Positions 39,124 to 49,014 of a DNA stretch of 64,000 nucleotides are shown here, piece after piece. Within the stretch, counting starts at the first letter, position 1; each line of letters begins with the position of its first letter. The stretch comes from Minisyncoccota bacterium (GTDB taxonomy: Bacteria; Patescibacteriota; Minisyncoccia; Phycocordibacterales; UBA5272): the NCBI GenBank assembly GCA_018063165.1, contig JAGOQU010000001.1, forward strand, positions 35,809 to 99,808. The letters run 5' to 3'. The notes under the pieces were generated by a model. It was not told where the DNA came from, searched no databases, and was given only the letters and a program-made list of their open reading frames with translations. A program made the translations under genes and the position numbers.

Positions 39124-41364
39124 ATGCGATTATCTTATATCATAATTCAAGGCTTTAAGTCTTTTGCAAAAAAAACAACAATTGATGTAACACATCAAGT
39201 AACTGGTGTTGTTGGTCCAAATGGAAGCGGTAAATCAAATATAGCTGAAGCTATACGTTTTGTTCTTGGTGAGCAATCAATGAAAACTATGCGTGGAAAG
39301 TCTGGTTCTGATGTTATCTTTAAAGGTTCAGAACAGCTTGGTGCAATGTCTCGTGCATCTGTTACGATGGTAATTGATAATAAAAATAAAGAGGAACACA
39401 GTAGTGCTGTTTCTGAAGTGAGCCAAGATCTTGCTCCATATCTTGTGTATGATGAATTAACGTTATCGCGTGTAATATTTGCAGATGGTACAAGTGATTA
39501 TCTTCTTAATGATGCTAAGATACGTCTTAAAGATGTGCAAGAACTGCTTTCTTTTGCGGGTATTGGTAGTAGTGCTCATACTATTATTAATCAAGGTGAA
39601 GCTGATCGTATATTGCTCGCTTCTCCAAAAGATAGAAAAGAATCTCTTGAAGATGCACTAGGGCTTCGTGTGTATCATATGCGTCTTAATGAAAGTAAAC
39701 GTAAACTTGAGCGTGTAAAAAATCATGTACGAGAAGTAGAGCTTCTTCGTACTGAAATAAAGCCACACCTTTCTCATCTTGAGAGACAAGTCAAAAAAAT
39801 AGAGTCACAAGAGGAAGAGAGAAAAAATTTAGAGAGACTTCTTATTGTCTATCTTACTCGAGAAGAATATGAATTACATCTTTTAGATGAACGTATACAA
39901 GAACAGGGAACTTCTTCTGCACTTATTTTAATTACTGATTCTATTAGAAAAGAACTTGAAGTATTAAAACAAAAAAAACACACAACAGAATCTCCTTCTT
40001 CCTTAGAAAAACATACATTTCAAGCAGAAATGCATTCTTTGTCGTTACGAAAAGATCAGTTAACAAAAACATTAGGAAGACTAGAAGCAGAAAAAGCGTA
40101 TTTAGAAAAAGAATTAGGAAGAGAAGATGAAAAGAAATCAGTGACGATATCGTACGATGATTTTAATAATGCACATAGTACGATATCTTCTAGTTTTAAA
40201 GAGGTGTCACATGCTATTTCTGTAGATGATTTGTTACAAACAAAAATAGAGGTAGATACACTTTCAAAAAATGTAGAAACTTTTTTTACTACACATAGTA
40301 CAAAAAAAATTTCTGATAAAGATCGTATCAAAAATGATATTTCTACAGTATCTACATCTATACAAGAGCACGAAGAAAAAGAAAAAATACTTGCAAATGA
40401 GATGGTGTTTTTACAAGGTAAAATAAATCAAATCGATACCACTACCCAAGCACGTATAACGTCTCGTCATGAAGAAGAGAAAAAGAGAATGCTTCTTGAA
40501 AGTAAGTTAAGAGAGTTAGATAGTACAATAGCCCTTCGTAGACAAGAAGAAGGTGAATTAGCACTTAGAAAACAACATTTTGATGCTCTTGTTCAAGAAG
40601 GAGTTATGATTGTTGGAAAAGTTATTTTAGAATATAAAAGTTATGTTCCTGAAGAAAGATATAAAGATACTCCAAAACATGATTTAATGCGAGCCATTGA
40701 ACGTTCAAAGCTTCGCATAGAAGAAGCAAGTGTTCCGAATAGGCATGATATTATAGCTGAATATAAAACAACAAAAGAGCGTGATGAGTATCTTATGAAA
40801 GAGCTTTCTGATATACGTGAAAGTGAAAGTAAATTACTTACTCTTATTAAAGAATTAGAAGTTTCTCTTAAAGATAGATTTTCTTCTGGTGTTGAGCAAG
40901 TGTCAAAAATATTTAGTGAATTTTTTGGTGAGGTGTTTATTGGTGGCAAAGGAAAACTTACTCTTATTCATAATACAAAAATTGATGAAGAGGGGAATCA
41001 GGTAATAGAACAAGGTATTGATATTGATGTATCGTTACCAAATAAAAAAGTGAAAGAAATAAGTATGTTTTCTGGAGGAGAAAGAACACTTGTATCTATT
41101 GCTCTTCTTTTTGCTATGTCTGCTATTACACCGCCTCCATTTATGGTTCTTGATGAAACAGATGCACCACTAGATGAGTCAAATGCTCGTAAATATGGTG
41201 AGATGTTAAAGCGTCTTTCAGAAAAAAGTAAACTTCTCGTAATTACGCATAATAGAGAAACGATGAATCATTGCGACATGCTATATGGTGTAACTCTTGG
41301 TGTAGATGGTGGTAGTAAACTTCTTTCAATTAATTTTAAACAGGCGGAAGGGTTGGTTGCATAA
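39124..41364 (+). CDS. smc: SMC-family ATPase, unusually short, with no recognisable hinge domain
   Basis: SMC N-terminus (IIQGFKSFAKKTTIDVTHQVTGVVGPNGSGKSNIAEAIRFVLGEQS). Coiled-coil middle. C-terminal signature and Walker B (FSGGERTLVSIALLFAM...PFMVLDETDAPLD). Confidence 0.7.
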   Translation: MRLSYIIIQGFKSFAKKTTIDVTHQVTGVVGPNGSGKSNIAEAIRFVLGEQSMKTMRGKSGSDVIFKGSEQLGAMSRASVTMVIDNKNKEEHSSAVSEVSQDLAPYLVYDELTLSRVIFADGTSDYLLNDAKIRLKDVQELLSFAGIGSSAHTIINQGEADRILLASPKDRKESLEDALGLRVYHMRLNESKRKLERVKNHVREVELLRTEIKPHLSHLERQVKKIESQEEERKNLERLLIVYLTREEYELHLLDERIQEQGTSSALILITDSIRKELEVLKQKKHTTESPSSLEKHTFQAEMHSLSLRKDQLTKTLGRLEAEKAYLEKELGREDEKKSVTISYDDFNNAHSTISSSFKEVSHAISVDDLLQTKIEVDTLSKNVETFFTTHSTKKISDKDRIKNDISTVSTSIQEHEEKEKILANEMVFLQGKINQIDTTTQARITSRHEEEKKRMLLESKLRELDSTIALRRQEEGELALRKQHFDALVQEGVMIVGKVILEYKSYVPEERYKDTPKHDLMRAIERSKLRIEEASVPNRHDIIAEYKTTKERDEYLMKELSDIRESESKLLTLIKELEVSLKDRFSSGVEQVSKIFSEFFGEVFIGGKGKLTLIHNTKIDEEGNQVIEQGIDIDVSLPNKKVKEISMFSGGERTLVSIALLFAMSAITPPPFMVLDETDAPLDESNARKYGEMLKRLSEKSKLLVITHNRETMNHCDMLYGVTLGVDGGSKLLSINFKQAEGLVA

Positions 41365-41408
41365 AAAGAAAACTGGCTAACAAGATTTTTGTTAGCCAGT
41401 TGAGTCGT

Positions 41409-41840
41409 TCACTGTGGGGTTTCTACTTCTTCAAGACATTGTTGGACATCTCTTAGATTTGCCTTTATTTGATTAATAAGAATATGTGCAATTTTTTTAA
41501 AAGCATCATCAGTTGTCTTCTCTATATGTGGAACAAGACATGGAATTTTAAAAAGGTAACCAAGTTCTTTGAACTTTGTAGTTGTATATTTTGTTTCGAA
41601 TGTTTGTGCTATACGAATATCAATAACAACTTGGTCATGTTCCTCTTCTTGCAGGTTTAGTTTTATTTTTGCAAATTTAAATAAAACTTGTAAATGAGGT
41701 GGAAGTGATGACCAGCTTTTAATGAGTCCATTTTGAATCTCAAGTATTACCTCGACTAGTTTCTTTGAAGCTTCTTCTGTTATAGCTATTTCTTTTGGTA
41801 TAGAAAAATCCGTTGCTAAAATCATATAAAACTCCTTCAT
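41409..41840 (-). CDS. hypothetical protein
   Basis: ORF only. Confidence 0.35.
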   Translation of the reverse strand: MKEFYMILATDFSIPKEIAITEEASKKLVEVILEIQNGLIKSWSSLPPHLQVLFKFAKIKLNLQEEEHDQVVIDIRIAQTFETKYTTTKFKELGYLFKIPCLVPHIEKTTDDAFKKIAHILINQIKANLRDVQQCLEEVETPQ

Positions 41841-41968
41841 GGTTATGTTTTAAACAATTACAGTAACTTTATATAGTATATAAAGTGTATCTTTTCGTAT
41901 ACTACCACATAATAATAAAAAGTCATCTTTTTTATTGATGGTATCTTTTGTGCTATAGTAAAGAGTAT

Positions 41969-43912
41969 ATGCAAAAACTTTTTATTGGTTCTATTAGTCT
42001 TACATCTAAAAAAGATGGATATGTTCGTGTTAGTGAGTTAGAAAATGAAGGCGCTATTTTTGTTGATCATTCGCATCTCCATACAGCTCTTTCAGGAGAT
42101 ACGGTGGAAGTTGAACTTCTTGGAAAAAAGAAAAATATAAAAGGAGAAGATGAGCTTTATGGAAGTGTTTCTAAAGTAATAGAACGTGGAAGAAAAGGGT
42201 ATGCAGGTATTCTTGAAGAAGAAAATGGTATGGTATTTCTTGTTCCTGATGACAAACGTATGTATACCGATGTTATTATTCCAAATAATGCACGTTTAGA
42301 TTCTGAAATAGGACAAAAGGTTATTGTTACTATAACAAATTGGACTGATGCACAAAAGTCACCAATAGGTGCTGTAACTGCTATTTTGGGTAAACCTGGA
42401 GATAATAATGCAGAAATGCTTGCATATGCACTTGAACGTGGATTTAGTGATGTGCATACAAAAGAAGTAAATGAAGAAGCGGATGCTATTAAGATAAGGG
42501 GTATTTTAGATGAGGATAAACAGGGGCGTAGAGATTTTAGGAATGTTCCTACTTTTACTATTGATCCAATTGATGCAAAAGATTTTGATGATGCTATTTC
42601 ATTTAAAAAATTAGACAATGGTCATTATGAAGTCGGTGTTCATATCGCTGATGTGTCATATTATGTGCGTCCTGGTATGGCTCTTGATGAAGAGGCTATT
42701 GCAAGAGAAACATCTGTATATCTTGTGGATCGCTGTATTCCAATGCTTCCAGAGGTGCTTTCTAATGATCTCTGTTCTCTTGTACAAGGAGAAGATAGAT
42801 TGGTTATGTCGTGTGTTCTTGAGCTTGACGATGATGGTGTTGTGTACAACGAGTGGTACGGTAGATCGCTAATTAACTCCCATAGACGATATAGCTATGA
42901 AGATGCTCAAAGTACTCTCGATACCAAGCAGGGTGATTTTTATGAAGAACTTTCAATACTTAATACTATTGCTAAGAAGCTTTTAAAAGCAAGATTTGAT
43001 AATGGTGCACTTTCACTTGAAACCGAAGAAGTTAAATTTAAGTTAGATGAAAAAGGTGTACCTATAGATGTATATATTAAATCTCGTGGTGATACTCATA
43101 AGATGATAGAAGAGTATATGCTTTTAGCTAATAAATATGTAAGTAAATTTATTACAAAGAAGCAAGAAGAAAAGAATGGTGAAGGTAAAGGAATATGTGT
43201 ATACCGTATTCATGATAAACCAGATCCAGATAGAATGCATGATCTTGATTTGTACATAAAAGGTCTTGGATACACTGTTCGTTTCATGGATGGACTTATT
43301 CCTTCAAAAGATTTGAACGACCTACTTATTAAAATGGGAGACAGGCCAGAAAAAGCTTTGCTTCAAGTGCATATTACTCGAGCAATGGCAAAAGCTATAT
43401 ATAGTACAAAAAATGTTGGACATTATGGACTGGCTTTTGATTATTATTCTCATTTTACCTCACCGATTCGTCGTTATCCTGACGTACTTACTCATCGTCT
43501 TTTGATGCGTGTTATTGAAGGAGATTATCCACTTGAATCAGAGCGTGGTCTATATGAAAAGTTGTGTATGCAGGCATCTCGACGTGAAAAAGAAGCAAGC
43601 GATGCAGAAAGAGGAAGTATAAAATATAAACAAGTTGAGTATATGTCCTATCGTATTGGTCAAGAGTTTGATGGTATGGTAAGTGGTGTTTCTGAATGGG
43701 GTATTTTTGTTGAAGAAAAGAAAAGTAAATGTGAAGGTATGATACGACTTCGTGATCTTGGTGGTGATGATTTTTATAATTATGATCAAAAAGGGGGAAG
43801 GGTGTTTGGAGAAAAAACAGGTGTTGAATATAAAATAGGAACACCTGTTAAGATAAAAGTTAAAAATGCAAACCTTGAACTTAGAATGATTGATTATATT
43901 CTTGTTTTTTAA
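41969..43912 (+). CDS. rnr: ribonuclease R / RNase II-family 3'-5' exoribonuclease
   Basis: RNB domain (FTIDPIDAKDFDDAISF, HIADVSYYV, TSPIRRYPD) and C-terminal S1 domain. Start at internal MQKLF. Confidence 0.8.
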   Translation: MQKLFIGSISLTSKKDGYVRVSELENEGAIFVDHSHLHTALSGDTVEVELLGKKKNIKGEDELYGSVSKVIERGRKGYAGILEEENGMVFLVPDDKRMYTDVIIPNNARLDSEIGQKVIVTITNWTDAQKSPIGAVTAILGKPGDNNAEMLAYALERGFSDVHTKEVNEEADAIKIRGILDEDKQGRRDFRNVPTFTIDPIDAKDFDDAISFKKLDNGHYEVGVHIADVSYYVRPGMALDEEAIARETSVYLVDRCIPMLPEVLSNDLCSLVQGEDRLVMSCVLELDDDGVVYNEWYGRSLINSHRRYSYEDAQSTLDTKQGDFYEELSILNTIAKKLLKARFDNGALSLETEEVKFKLDEKGVPIDVYIKSRGDTHKMIEEYMLLANKYVSKFITKKQEEKNGEGKGICVYRIHDKPDPDRMHDLDLYIKGLGYTVRFMDGLIPSKDLNDLLIKMGDRPEKALLQVHITRAMAKAIYSTKNVGHYGLAFDYYSHFTSPIRRYPDVLTHRLLMRVIEGDYPLESERGLYEKLCMQASRREKEASDAERGSIKYKQVEYMSYRIGQEFDGMVSGVSEWGIFVEEKKSKCEGMIRLRDLGGDDFYNYDQKGGRVFGEKTGVEYKIGTPVKIKVKNANLELRMIDYILVF

Positions 43913-43970
43913 AAAGATAGCAAGAGTCATTTATATTGCTAACTTAGATCTAACACAGTATTATATAGAT

Positions 43971-44345
43971 ATGAAAAAGATAATGATTATTGAAGATGAT
44001 AAAGAGCTCCAGGAGATGTACAAGATTAATTTTGAATTAGCTGGATATAAAGTATTTCAAGAGATGGATGGTCTTGAAGGAATATCTACAATAGTAGACA
44101 AAAAACCAGATGTTATTCTTCTTGATATTAACATGCCAAATATGGATGGATTTGAATTTTTAAAAGTAATGAAAAATAATACAAGTATTAATATACCTGT
44201 TATTGTTTGTTCAGATATGTCTGATAAAAAAACATATGATAAATCAATAGAAGCAGGAGCTATTAGTTTTTTGTTGAAAGTAGATTATTCTGGTAAAGAA
44301 CTTGTTGAAAAAGTAGACCGTATTATTAAAGGTATCGATTTATAA
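43971..44345 (+). CDS. single-domain (receiver-only) response regulator, copy 1
   Basis: CheY-like REC (MKKIMIIEDDKELQ, phospho-acceptor D in ILLDINMPNMDG). No output domain. Start at the internal ATG of the track ORF. Confidence 0.8.
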   Translation: MKKIMIIEDDKELQEMYKINFELAGYKVFQEMDGLEGISTIVDKKPDVILLDINMPNMDGFEFLKVMKNNTSINIPVIVCSDMSDKKTYDKSIEAGAISFLLKVDYSGKELVEKVDRIIKGIDL

Positions 44346-44365
44346 AAAAGTTTATCTTTATTGAT

Positions 44366-44740
44366 ATGAAAAAAATAATGATTATCGAAGACGATAAAGA
44401 TCTTCAAGAAATATATAAAATTAATTTTGAGATGGTTGGGTATGAAGTAATGCAAGAATTTGATGGTTTAGATGGTATAGCAAGTGTAGTAGACAAAAAA
44501 CCAGATGCAATTCTGCTTGATATTAACATGCCAAATATGGATGGTTTTGCTTTCTTAAATGCTATAAATGATAATACAAGTATTAATATTCCAGTAATTG
44601 TATGTTCTAATCTCTCTGACCAAGAAACACAAAATAAAGCATTATCCTCAGGTGCTGCAGGTGTTTTGGTTAAAGTTGATTATTCCGGCAAGCAATTAGT
44701 TGAGAAAGTTGGTCATATTTTAAATGGTATTGCTGTATAA
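44366..44740 (+). CDS. single-domain (receiver-only) response regulator, copy 2
   Basis: About two-thirds identical to copy 1 over 124 aa. Confidence 0.8.
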   Translation: MKKIMIIEDDKDLQEIYKINFEMVGYEVMQEFDGLDGIASVVDKKPDAILLDINMPNMDGFAFLNAINDNTSINIPVIVCSNLSDQETQNKALSSGAAGVLVKVDYSGKQLVEKVGHILNGIAV

Positions 44741-44850
44741 TTTTTTGTTACTCACAGATATTTTTTGATATATAGAGGTATACTATACGTATCTGCATGA
44801 TACTTTGTACTATTATGTATTTTTAGAAAAGCTACTTATTATTTATTACT

Positions 44851-46419
44851 ATGGATATACTTGATTTTTTTTCTGGAATGCAATTTGATTTAATAGGTGT
44901 TTTGGTTGCTGTGACAGGTATTGGTGTTTTGGCAGGAATAGTTTTTTTTAGAAGTAAAAGTAGTATAACAAGTAGGTCTTTCTTTTTTTTCTCCTTTATT
45001 ACTATATTTTGGGGTCTTTCTAATTATTTTTTATATAAGTTTACAGATCAGAACTTAATTGTTCTTGCACTTCGTATTCATATATTTTTAACTATATGGC
45101 ATTCATATTCTTTCTTTCAGCTTGCTTATGTATTTCCTGATGAAAAAAAGGATTTACCTATTTGGCATAGATATGTTTTGTTGCCTGTTGCATTTTTTAC
45201 ATCAGCTCTTCTACTTATTCCTTTTGTTTTTACAAAAGTTAGTCACCTTGTTTCACTGTCAGAAATTACAGATCCAACCAAAAGTGATGGGATTATTTTA
45301 GGAGGAATACTCACATTCAGTTTCCTTATTTCTGGTCTCGATGTACTGTATCGCAAAATTGACCTTTCAAAAGGTGATCAAAGAAGACAGCTTATACTTA
45401 TGTTCACCGGAATGTCTCTTACTGCCGGATTGTTACTTTTGTTTAGTTTTGTACTTCCTATTGGTTTTCATAATTATGATTTCGTACCATTTGGAGCACT
45501 TTTTATTTTTCCTGTTATCGTGTTTACGGCATATGCAATTTATATTGTAGAATTGTTCCATGTAAAAAATATTTTTGCTGGAATTTTTACATTTTTTCTC
45601 TGTGTTTTTTCTTTAGTAGAATTGATTATTTCAGATAACATTGAACAACTTCTTCTTAGGATATTAGTGTTTATACTTACTCTTGTGCTTAGTATACAGC
45701 TAGTAAGAAATACTTTTGAAATAGAATTGGCTAATGAACAGAAGTCAGAACTTATGACATTTGCTACGCATGAGATAAGAACACCAATTACTGTCATGCG
45801 TGGGTACGCATCTATATTACTTGATGGTGATAAAGGGCCAATTACTCCACCTGTTGTTGACTTACTTCAGAAGATTATGATTTCAGGAAATGAAGTGATT
45901 TCTCTTCTTTCTCAATATTTAAATAAATCAAAAATTGAATTGGGTCAACTCCAATATGTTTTTTTGAAAGTTGATGTTGTTCAACTTGTGAATGAAGTTC
46001 TTGGTACATTTCAGGTTAACGCTCAGCAGAAAAATCTATATTTAACAGAAGTTCTTCCTACACGAGAAAAGATTTTTATTAATGCTGATCAGGGTAAATT
46101 AAAAGAAGTTATTATTAATTTGATTGATAATTCTATAAAATACACACAAAAAGGTTCTGTTAGTGTCTCAGTAGAAAAACATAATACAAAAGTTATTATA
46201 AAAGTATCAGATACTGGTGTTGGTATAGAAGAAGATACAATGAAAATTCTTTTTAGAGAATTTTCTCGAGCAGATATACAAAAAGTTAATATTTTGGGAA
46301 CAGGGCTTGGACTTTATTTAGCTAAAATATTTGTCACAGCTCATTCGGGTAGAATATGGGCTGAGTCAGAAGGAAAAGGTAATGGAGCTCAATTTTATAT
46401 TGAATTACCTGAAGCATAA
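44851..46419 (+). CDS. sensor histidine kinase with an N-terminal polytopic (about 7 TM) membrane sensor region
   Basis: HisKA (FATHEIRTPITVMRGYASIL) and HATPase_c (LIDNSIKYT, SDTGVGI, GTGLGLYLAKIF). Confidence 0.8.
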   Translation: MDILDFFSGMQFDLIGVLVAVTGIGVLAGIVFFRSKSSITSRSFFFFSFITIFWGLSNYFLYKFTDQNLIVLALRIHIFLTIWHSYSFFQLAYVFPDEKKDLPIWHRYVLLPVAFFTSALLLIPFVFTKVSHLVSLSEITDPTKSDGIILGGILTFSFLISGLDVLYRKIDLSKGDQRRQLILMFTGMSLTAGLLLLFSFVLPIGFHNYDFVPFGALFIFPVIVFTAYAIYIVELFHVKNIFAGIFTFFLCVFSLVELIISDNIEQLLLRILVFILTLVLSIQLVRNTFEIELANEQKSELMTFATHEIRTPITVMRGYASILLDGDKGPITPPVVDLLQKIMISGNEVISLLSQYLNKSKIELGQLQYVFLKVDVVQLVNEVLGTFQVNAQQKNLYLTEVLPTREKIFINADQGKLKEVIINLIDNSIKYTQKGSVSVSVEKHNTKVIIKVSDTGVGIEEDTMKILFREFSRADIQKVNILGTGLGLYLAKIFVTAHSGRIWAESEGKGNGAQFYIELPEA

Positions 46420-46437
46420 TTATTTTTATTTGTCTGT

Positions 46438-46815
46438 ATGAAAAAAATAATGATTATAGAAGATAATAAAGATATACAAAATATATATAAACATAGTTTT
46501 GAAAAAGCTGGGTATGAAGTTATTATTGAAGATAATGGATTAGAAGGGATCAATAATGTTGTTCAAAAAATGCCAGATGTTATTTTGCTTGACCTTATGA
46601 TGCCTAAAATGGATGGATTTGAATTTTTAAAATTAATGAAGCAAAATTCTACACTGAATATTCCTGTTATCGTGTGTTCAAACATATCTGATAACGAAAT
46701 ATATGCAAAAGTTATGGATTTTGGCGCTGCTGCTATAATTTTAAAAGTAGACTATTCTGGAAAACAACTTGTTGAAAAGGTTGAATATATTATGAAAGAT
46801 TTACATAAAATCTAG
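46438..46815 (+). CDS. single-domain (receiver-only) response regulator, copy 3
   Basis: Paralog of copies 1 and 2 (MKKIMIIEDNKDIQ, LLDLMMPKMDG). Confidence 0.8.
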   Translation: MKKIMIIEDNKDIQNIYKHSFEKAGYEVIIEDNGLEGINNVVQKMPDVILLDLMMPKMDGFEFLKLMKQNSTLNIPVIVCSNISDNEIYAKVMDFGAAAIILKVDYSGKQLVEKVEYIMKDLHKI

Positions 46816-46887
46816 TATTTTTTCTTTAGATATTCTAAAAGTGGGTAGTATTTTACTTTTTTATATGAATATGGTAGAATACGTAAC

Positions 46888-47184
46888 ATGTTAAAAATCA
46901 GATTACAGCGTACAGGACGCAAAAACGACCCACATTTCCGTCTTATTGTTACAGAAAGTACCCTTAAGCCAAAAACGTCACAGTTTACTGAAATTGTTGG
47001 AACCTATAATGTTAAAGCAGGAATTTTTGAAGCTAAAGCTGATCGTGTTAAACACTGGGTTTCTATGGGTGCACAAATTACACCAACAGTTAACAATCTT
47101 CTTATTTCAAAAGGTGTTATAGAGGGAAAGAAAATAAATGTTCTCCCGAAAAAAACTCCTCAAAAAAAGGAAGTAAAAAAATAA
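46888..47184 (+). CDS. rpsP: 30S ribosomal protein S16
   Basis: MLKIRLQRTGRKNDPHFRLIV...ADRVKHWVSMGAQ. Confidence 0.9.
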   Translation: MLKIRLQRTGRKNDPHFRLIVTESTLKPKTSQFTEIVGTYNVKAGIFEAKADRVKHWVSMGAQITPTVNNLLISKGVIEGKKINVLPKKTPQKKEVKK

Positions 47185-47195
47185 ACTAAATAAAA

Positions 47196-47226
47196 AATCG
47201 TATGCAGTGCATGCGGTTTTTTTATT
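47196..47226 (+). terminator. candidate hairpin plus T-tract after rpsP (possible attenuator)
   Basis: CGTATGCAGTGCATGCGG followed by TTTTTTT. Confidence 0.3.
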
Positions 47227-47280
47227 ACATAACTCTGTGAATAACTACTATGTATATTTCAATATACTTGTTACACTAGT

Positions 47281-47649
47281 ATGATAAAACAAAATAATAT
47301 GAAAGATCAAGAATTTGTTGAGTACGTTGTGAAAGCTTTAGTAGATAATCCAGAAAAAGTAAAAGTTGATAGAAGGGTAGATGAGATGGGAGTGCTAATT
47401 ACTCTAGATGTTGCTGGTGAGGATATGGGGAAAATTATTGGTCGTGATGGGGCTACAGCAAAAGCGCTTAGAACACTCCTTCGTGTTGTTGGAATGAAAA
47501 ATAATGCACGTGTTAATTTAAAAATTAATGAACCAGAAGGTAGAGTCTCTCGTGTGACTCAAGAAGAAGAGATAGGAGGTCAGTCATATGCACCACGGTA
47601 TGACACATCAGATGTAGATGCTGTAATGAATGATTTAAAAAGTCTTTAA
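47281..47649 (+). CDS. KH-domain RNA-binding protein (YlqC/UPF0109 family) with a C-terminal extension
   Basis: VKALVDNPEKVKV...GVLITLDVAGEDMGKIIGRDGATAKALRTLL. Conserved rpsP-KH-trmD order. Confidence 0.75.
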   Translation: MIKQNNMKDQEFVEYVVKALVDNPEKVKVDRRVDEMGVLITLDVAGEDMGKIIGRDGATAKALRTLLRVVGMKNNARVNLKINEPEGRVSRVTQEEEIGGQSYAPRYDTSDVDAVMNDLKSL

Positions 47650-47723
47650 ATTATTTTAAAAAAAGAACTTCATAAATGGAGTTCTTTTTGCTATATGGCT
47701 ATATTATTGTTATAATGTCAAGT

Positions 47724-48419
47724 ATGAAAAAAAATACTATTCGATTTCATATTGTAACTATCTTTCCTGACATGTTTCAGAGTTATTTTGCTGAATCTAT
47801 TATTTCTCGCGCTATAGAAAATACTATAATAGAAATTAATACGTATGCACTTCGTGAATATACCGAAGATAAACATAGACGTGTTGATGGAAAGCCGTAT
47901 GGAGGTGGACCTGGTATGGTTATGTGGGTTGATCCACTTATACGATGTGTTTCTGCAATACATAAAAAAATATCTAAAAGAAAAGAAGTTAAAAAACTTG
48001 TTGTTATGTTTAGTCCAGGAGGTGAGATGTTTACTAATGGTATAGCAAAAAAAGTAGTTACAGGACGTACCGCATATACTGATATTATTTTGATATGTGG
48101 TAGATATGAGGGAATTGATGCGCGTGTAAAGAAGATTTTGAAGGCACGAGAATGGAGTATTGGTCCATATGTCCTAACAGGGGGAGAATTGCCTGCTATG
48201 GTCTGTATAGACGCCATAACAAGACAAATCAAAGGTGTTCTTCATGATGAAAATTCATTGGAAGAAACACGTGTGGCTAGTCATGAAATGTATGCAAGAC
48301 CAGAAGTGTATGAATATGCAGGTAAAAAATACAGAGTACCAAAAGTTCTTCTTTCTGGAAATCATAAATTAATAGAAGAATATAGAACAAAAAAAGAAAA
48401 TAATATAGGAAAAAAATAG
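47724..48419 (+). CDS. trmD: tRNA (guanine37-N1)-methyltransferase
   Basis: MKKNTIRFHIVTIFPDMF, YGGGPGMVM, TGGELPAMV (SPOUT). Start at the internal ATG of the track ORF. Confidence 0.85.
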   Translation: MKKNTIRFHIVTIFPDMFQSYFAESIISRAIENTIIEINTYALREYTEDKHRRVDGKPYGGGPGMVMWVDPLIRCVSAIHKKISKRKEVKKLVVMFSPGGEMFTNGIAKKVVTGRTAYTDIILICGRYEGIDARVKKILKAREWSIGPYVLTGGELPAMVCIDAITRQIKGVLHDENSLEETRVASHEMYARPEVYEYAGKKYRVPKVLLSGNHKLIEEYRTKKENNIGKK

Positions 48420-48428
48420 ATATTTTTT

Positions 48429-48641
48429 ATGTATATAAAAATAAAAGTTGTGACAGATGCTAAACAAGAAAAAATAGAAAAAATTGAAGAAGATTCTTGG
48501 CGTATTTGGGTTACGTTTCCTGCAGAAAATAATGCAGCTAATAGAAGAATTTTGGAAATACTTCATAATTCTTTTGAAGATAAAGCTATTAGAATAGTCA
48601 GTGGACATCATTCACCTTCAAAGATTGTGAGTATCGTCTAA
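48429..48641 (+). CDS. DUF167 (YggU-like) family small protein
   Basis: IKIKVVTDAKQEKIEK...ANRRILEILHNSF...IRIVSGHHSPSKIV matches the DUF167 pattern (..GkAN..l...L......i..GhtS..K). Confidence 0.55.
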   Translation: MYIKIKVVTDAKQEKIEKIEEDSWRIWVTFPAENNAANRRILEILHNSFEDKAIRIVSGHHSPSKIVSIV

Positions 48642-48675
48642 TTTTGATAGAATGATCTGTATTGTTTTAACAAAA

Positions 48676-48751
48676 GCCGTTGTAGCTCAGTTGGTAGAGC
48701 ACGTCATTGGTAATGACGAGGTCAGCAGTTCAATCCTGCTCAACGGCTCCA
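48676..48751 (+). tRNA. tRNA-Thr (anticodon GGT), CCA encoded
   Basis: Acceptor GCCGTTG/CAACGGC. Anticodon stem CGTCA/TGACG with loop TTGGTAA. T-arm CAGCA-GTTCAAT-CCTGCTC. 3' TCCA. Confidence 0.85.
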
Positions 48752-48902
48752 AAAAAGTTGAGCTCAAAAATTACGAAGTGATTTTTGAGTAGACATGAAC
48801 TGCTTCATGTCTAACAGGATTGAATATGAGGTCACGAAACTAATTCTGACAAACGAAGTGAGGAAGTAGTTTCGTGACCAATCCTGCTCAACGGCTCCAA
48901 AA
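48731..48902 (+). repeat. 24-nt direct repeat of the tRNA-Thr(GGT) 3' end (48731-48754 and 48879-48902) bracketing a 124-bp insert with two hairpins
   Basis: CAATCCTGCTCAACGGCTCCAAAA occurs twice. The insert contains TAGACATGAA-CTGC-TTCATGTCTA, GGTCACGAAACTA...TAGTTTCGTGACC, CAGGATTGAA (inverse of the tRNA T-arm) and two AACGAAGTG motifs. Confidence 0.7.
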
Positions 48903-49014
48903 GTTTTTAAAAGAATATAATAGTGTTATCTTTTGTGCGTGGTTATCTAAGATTACTATTGGTATACTTCTTTGTATAAGGAAAAAATAATAAATTAGTT
49001 ACATACTTATATAT

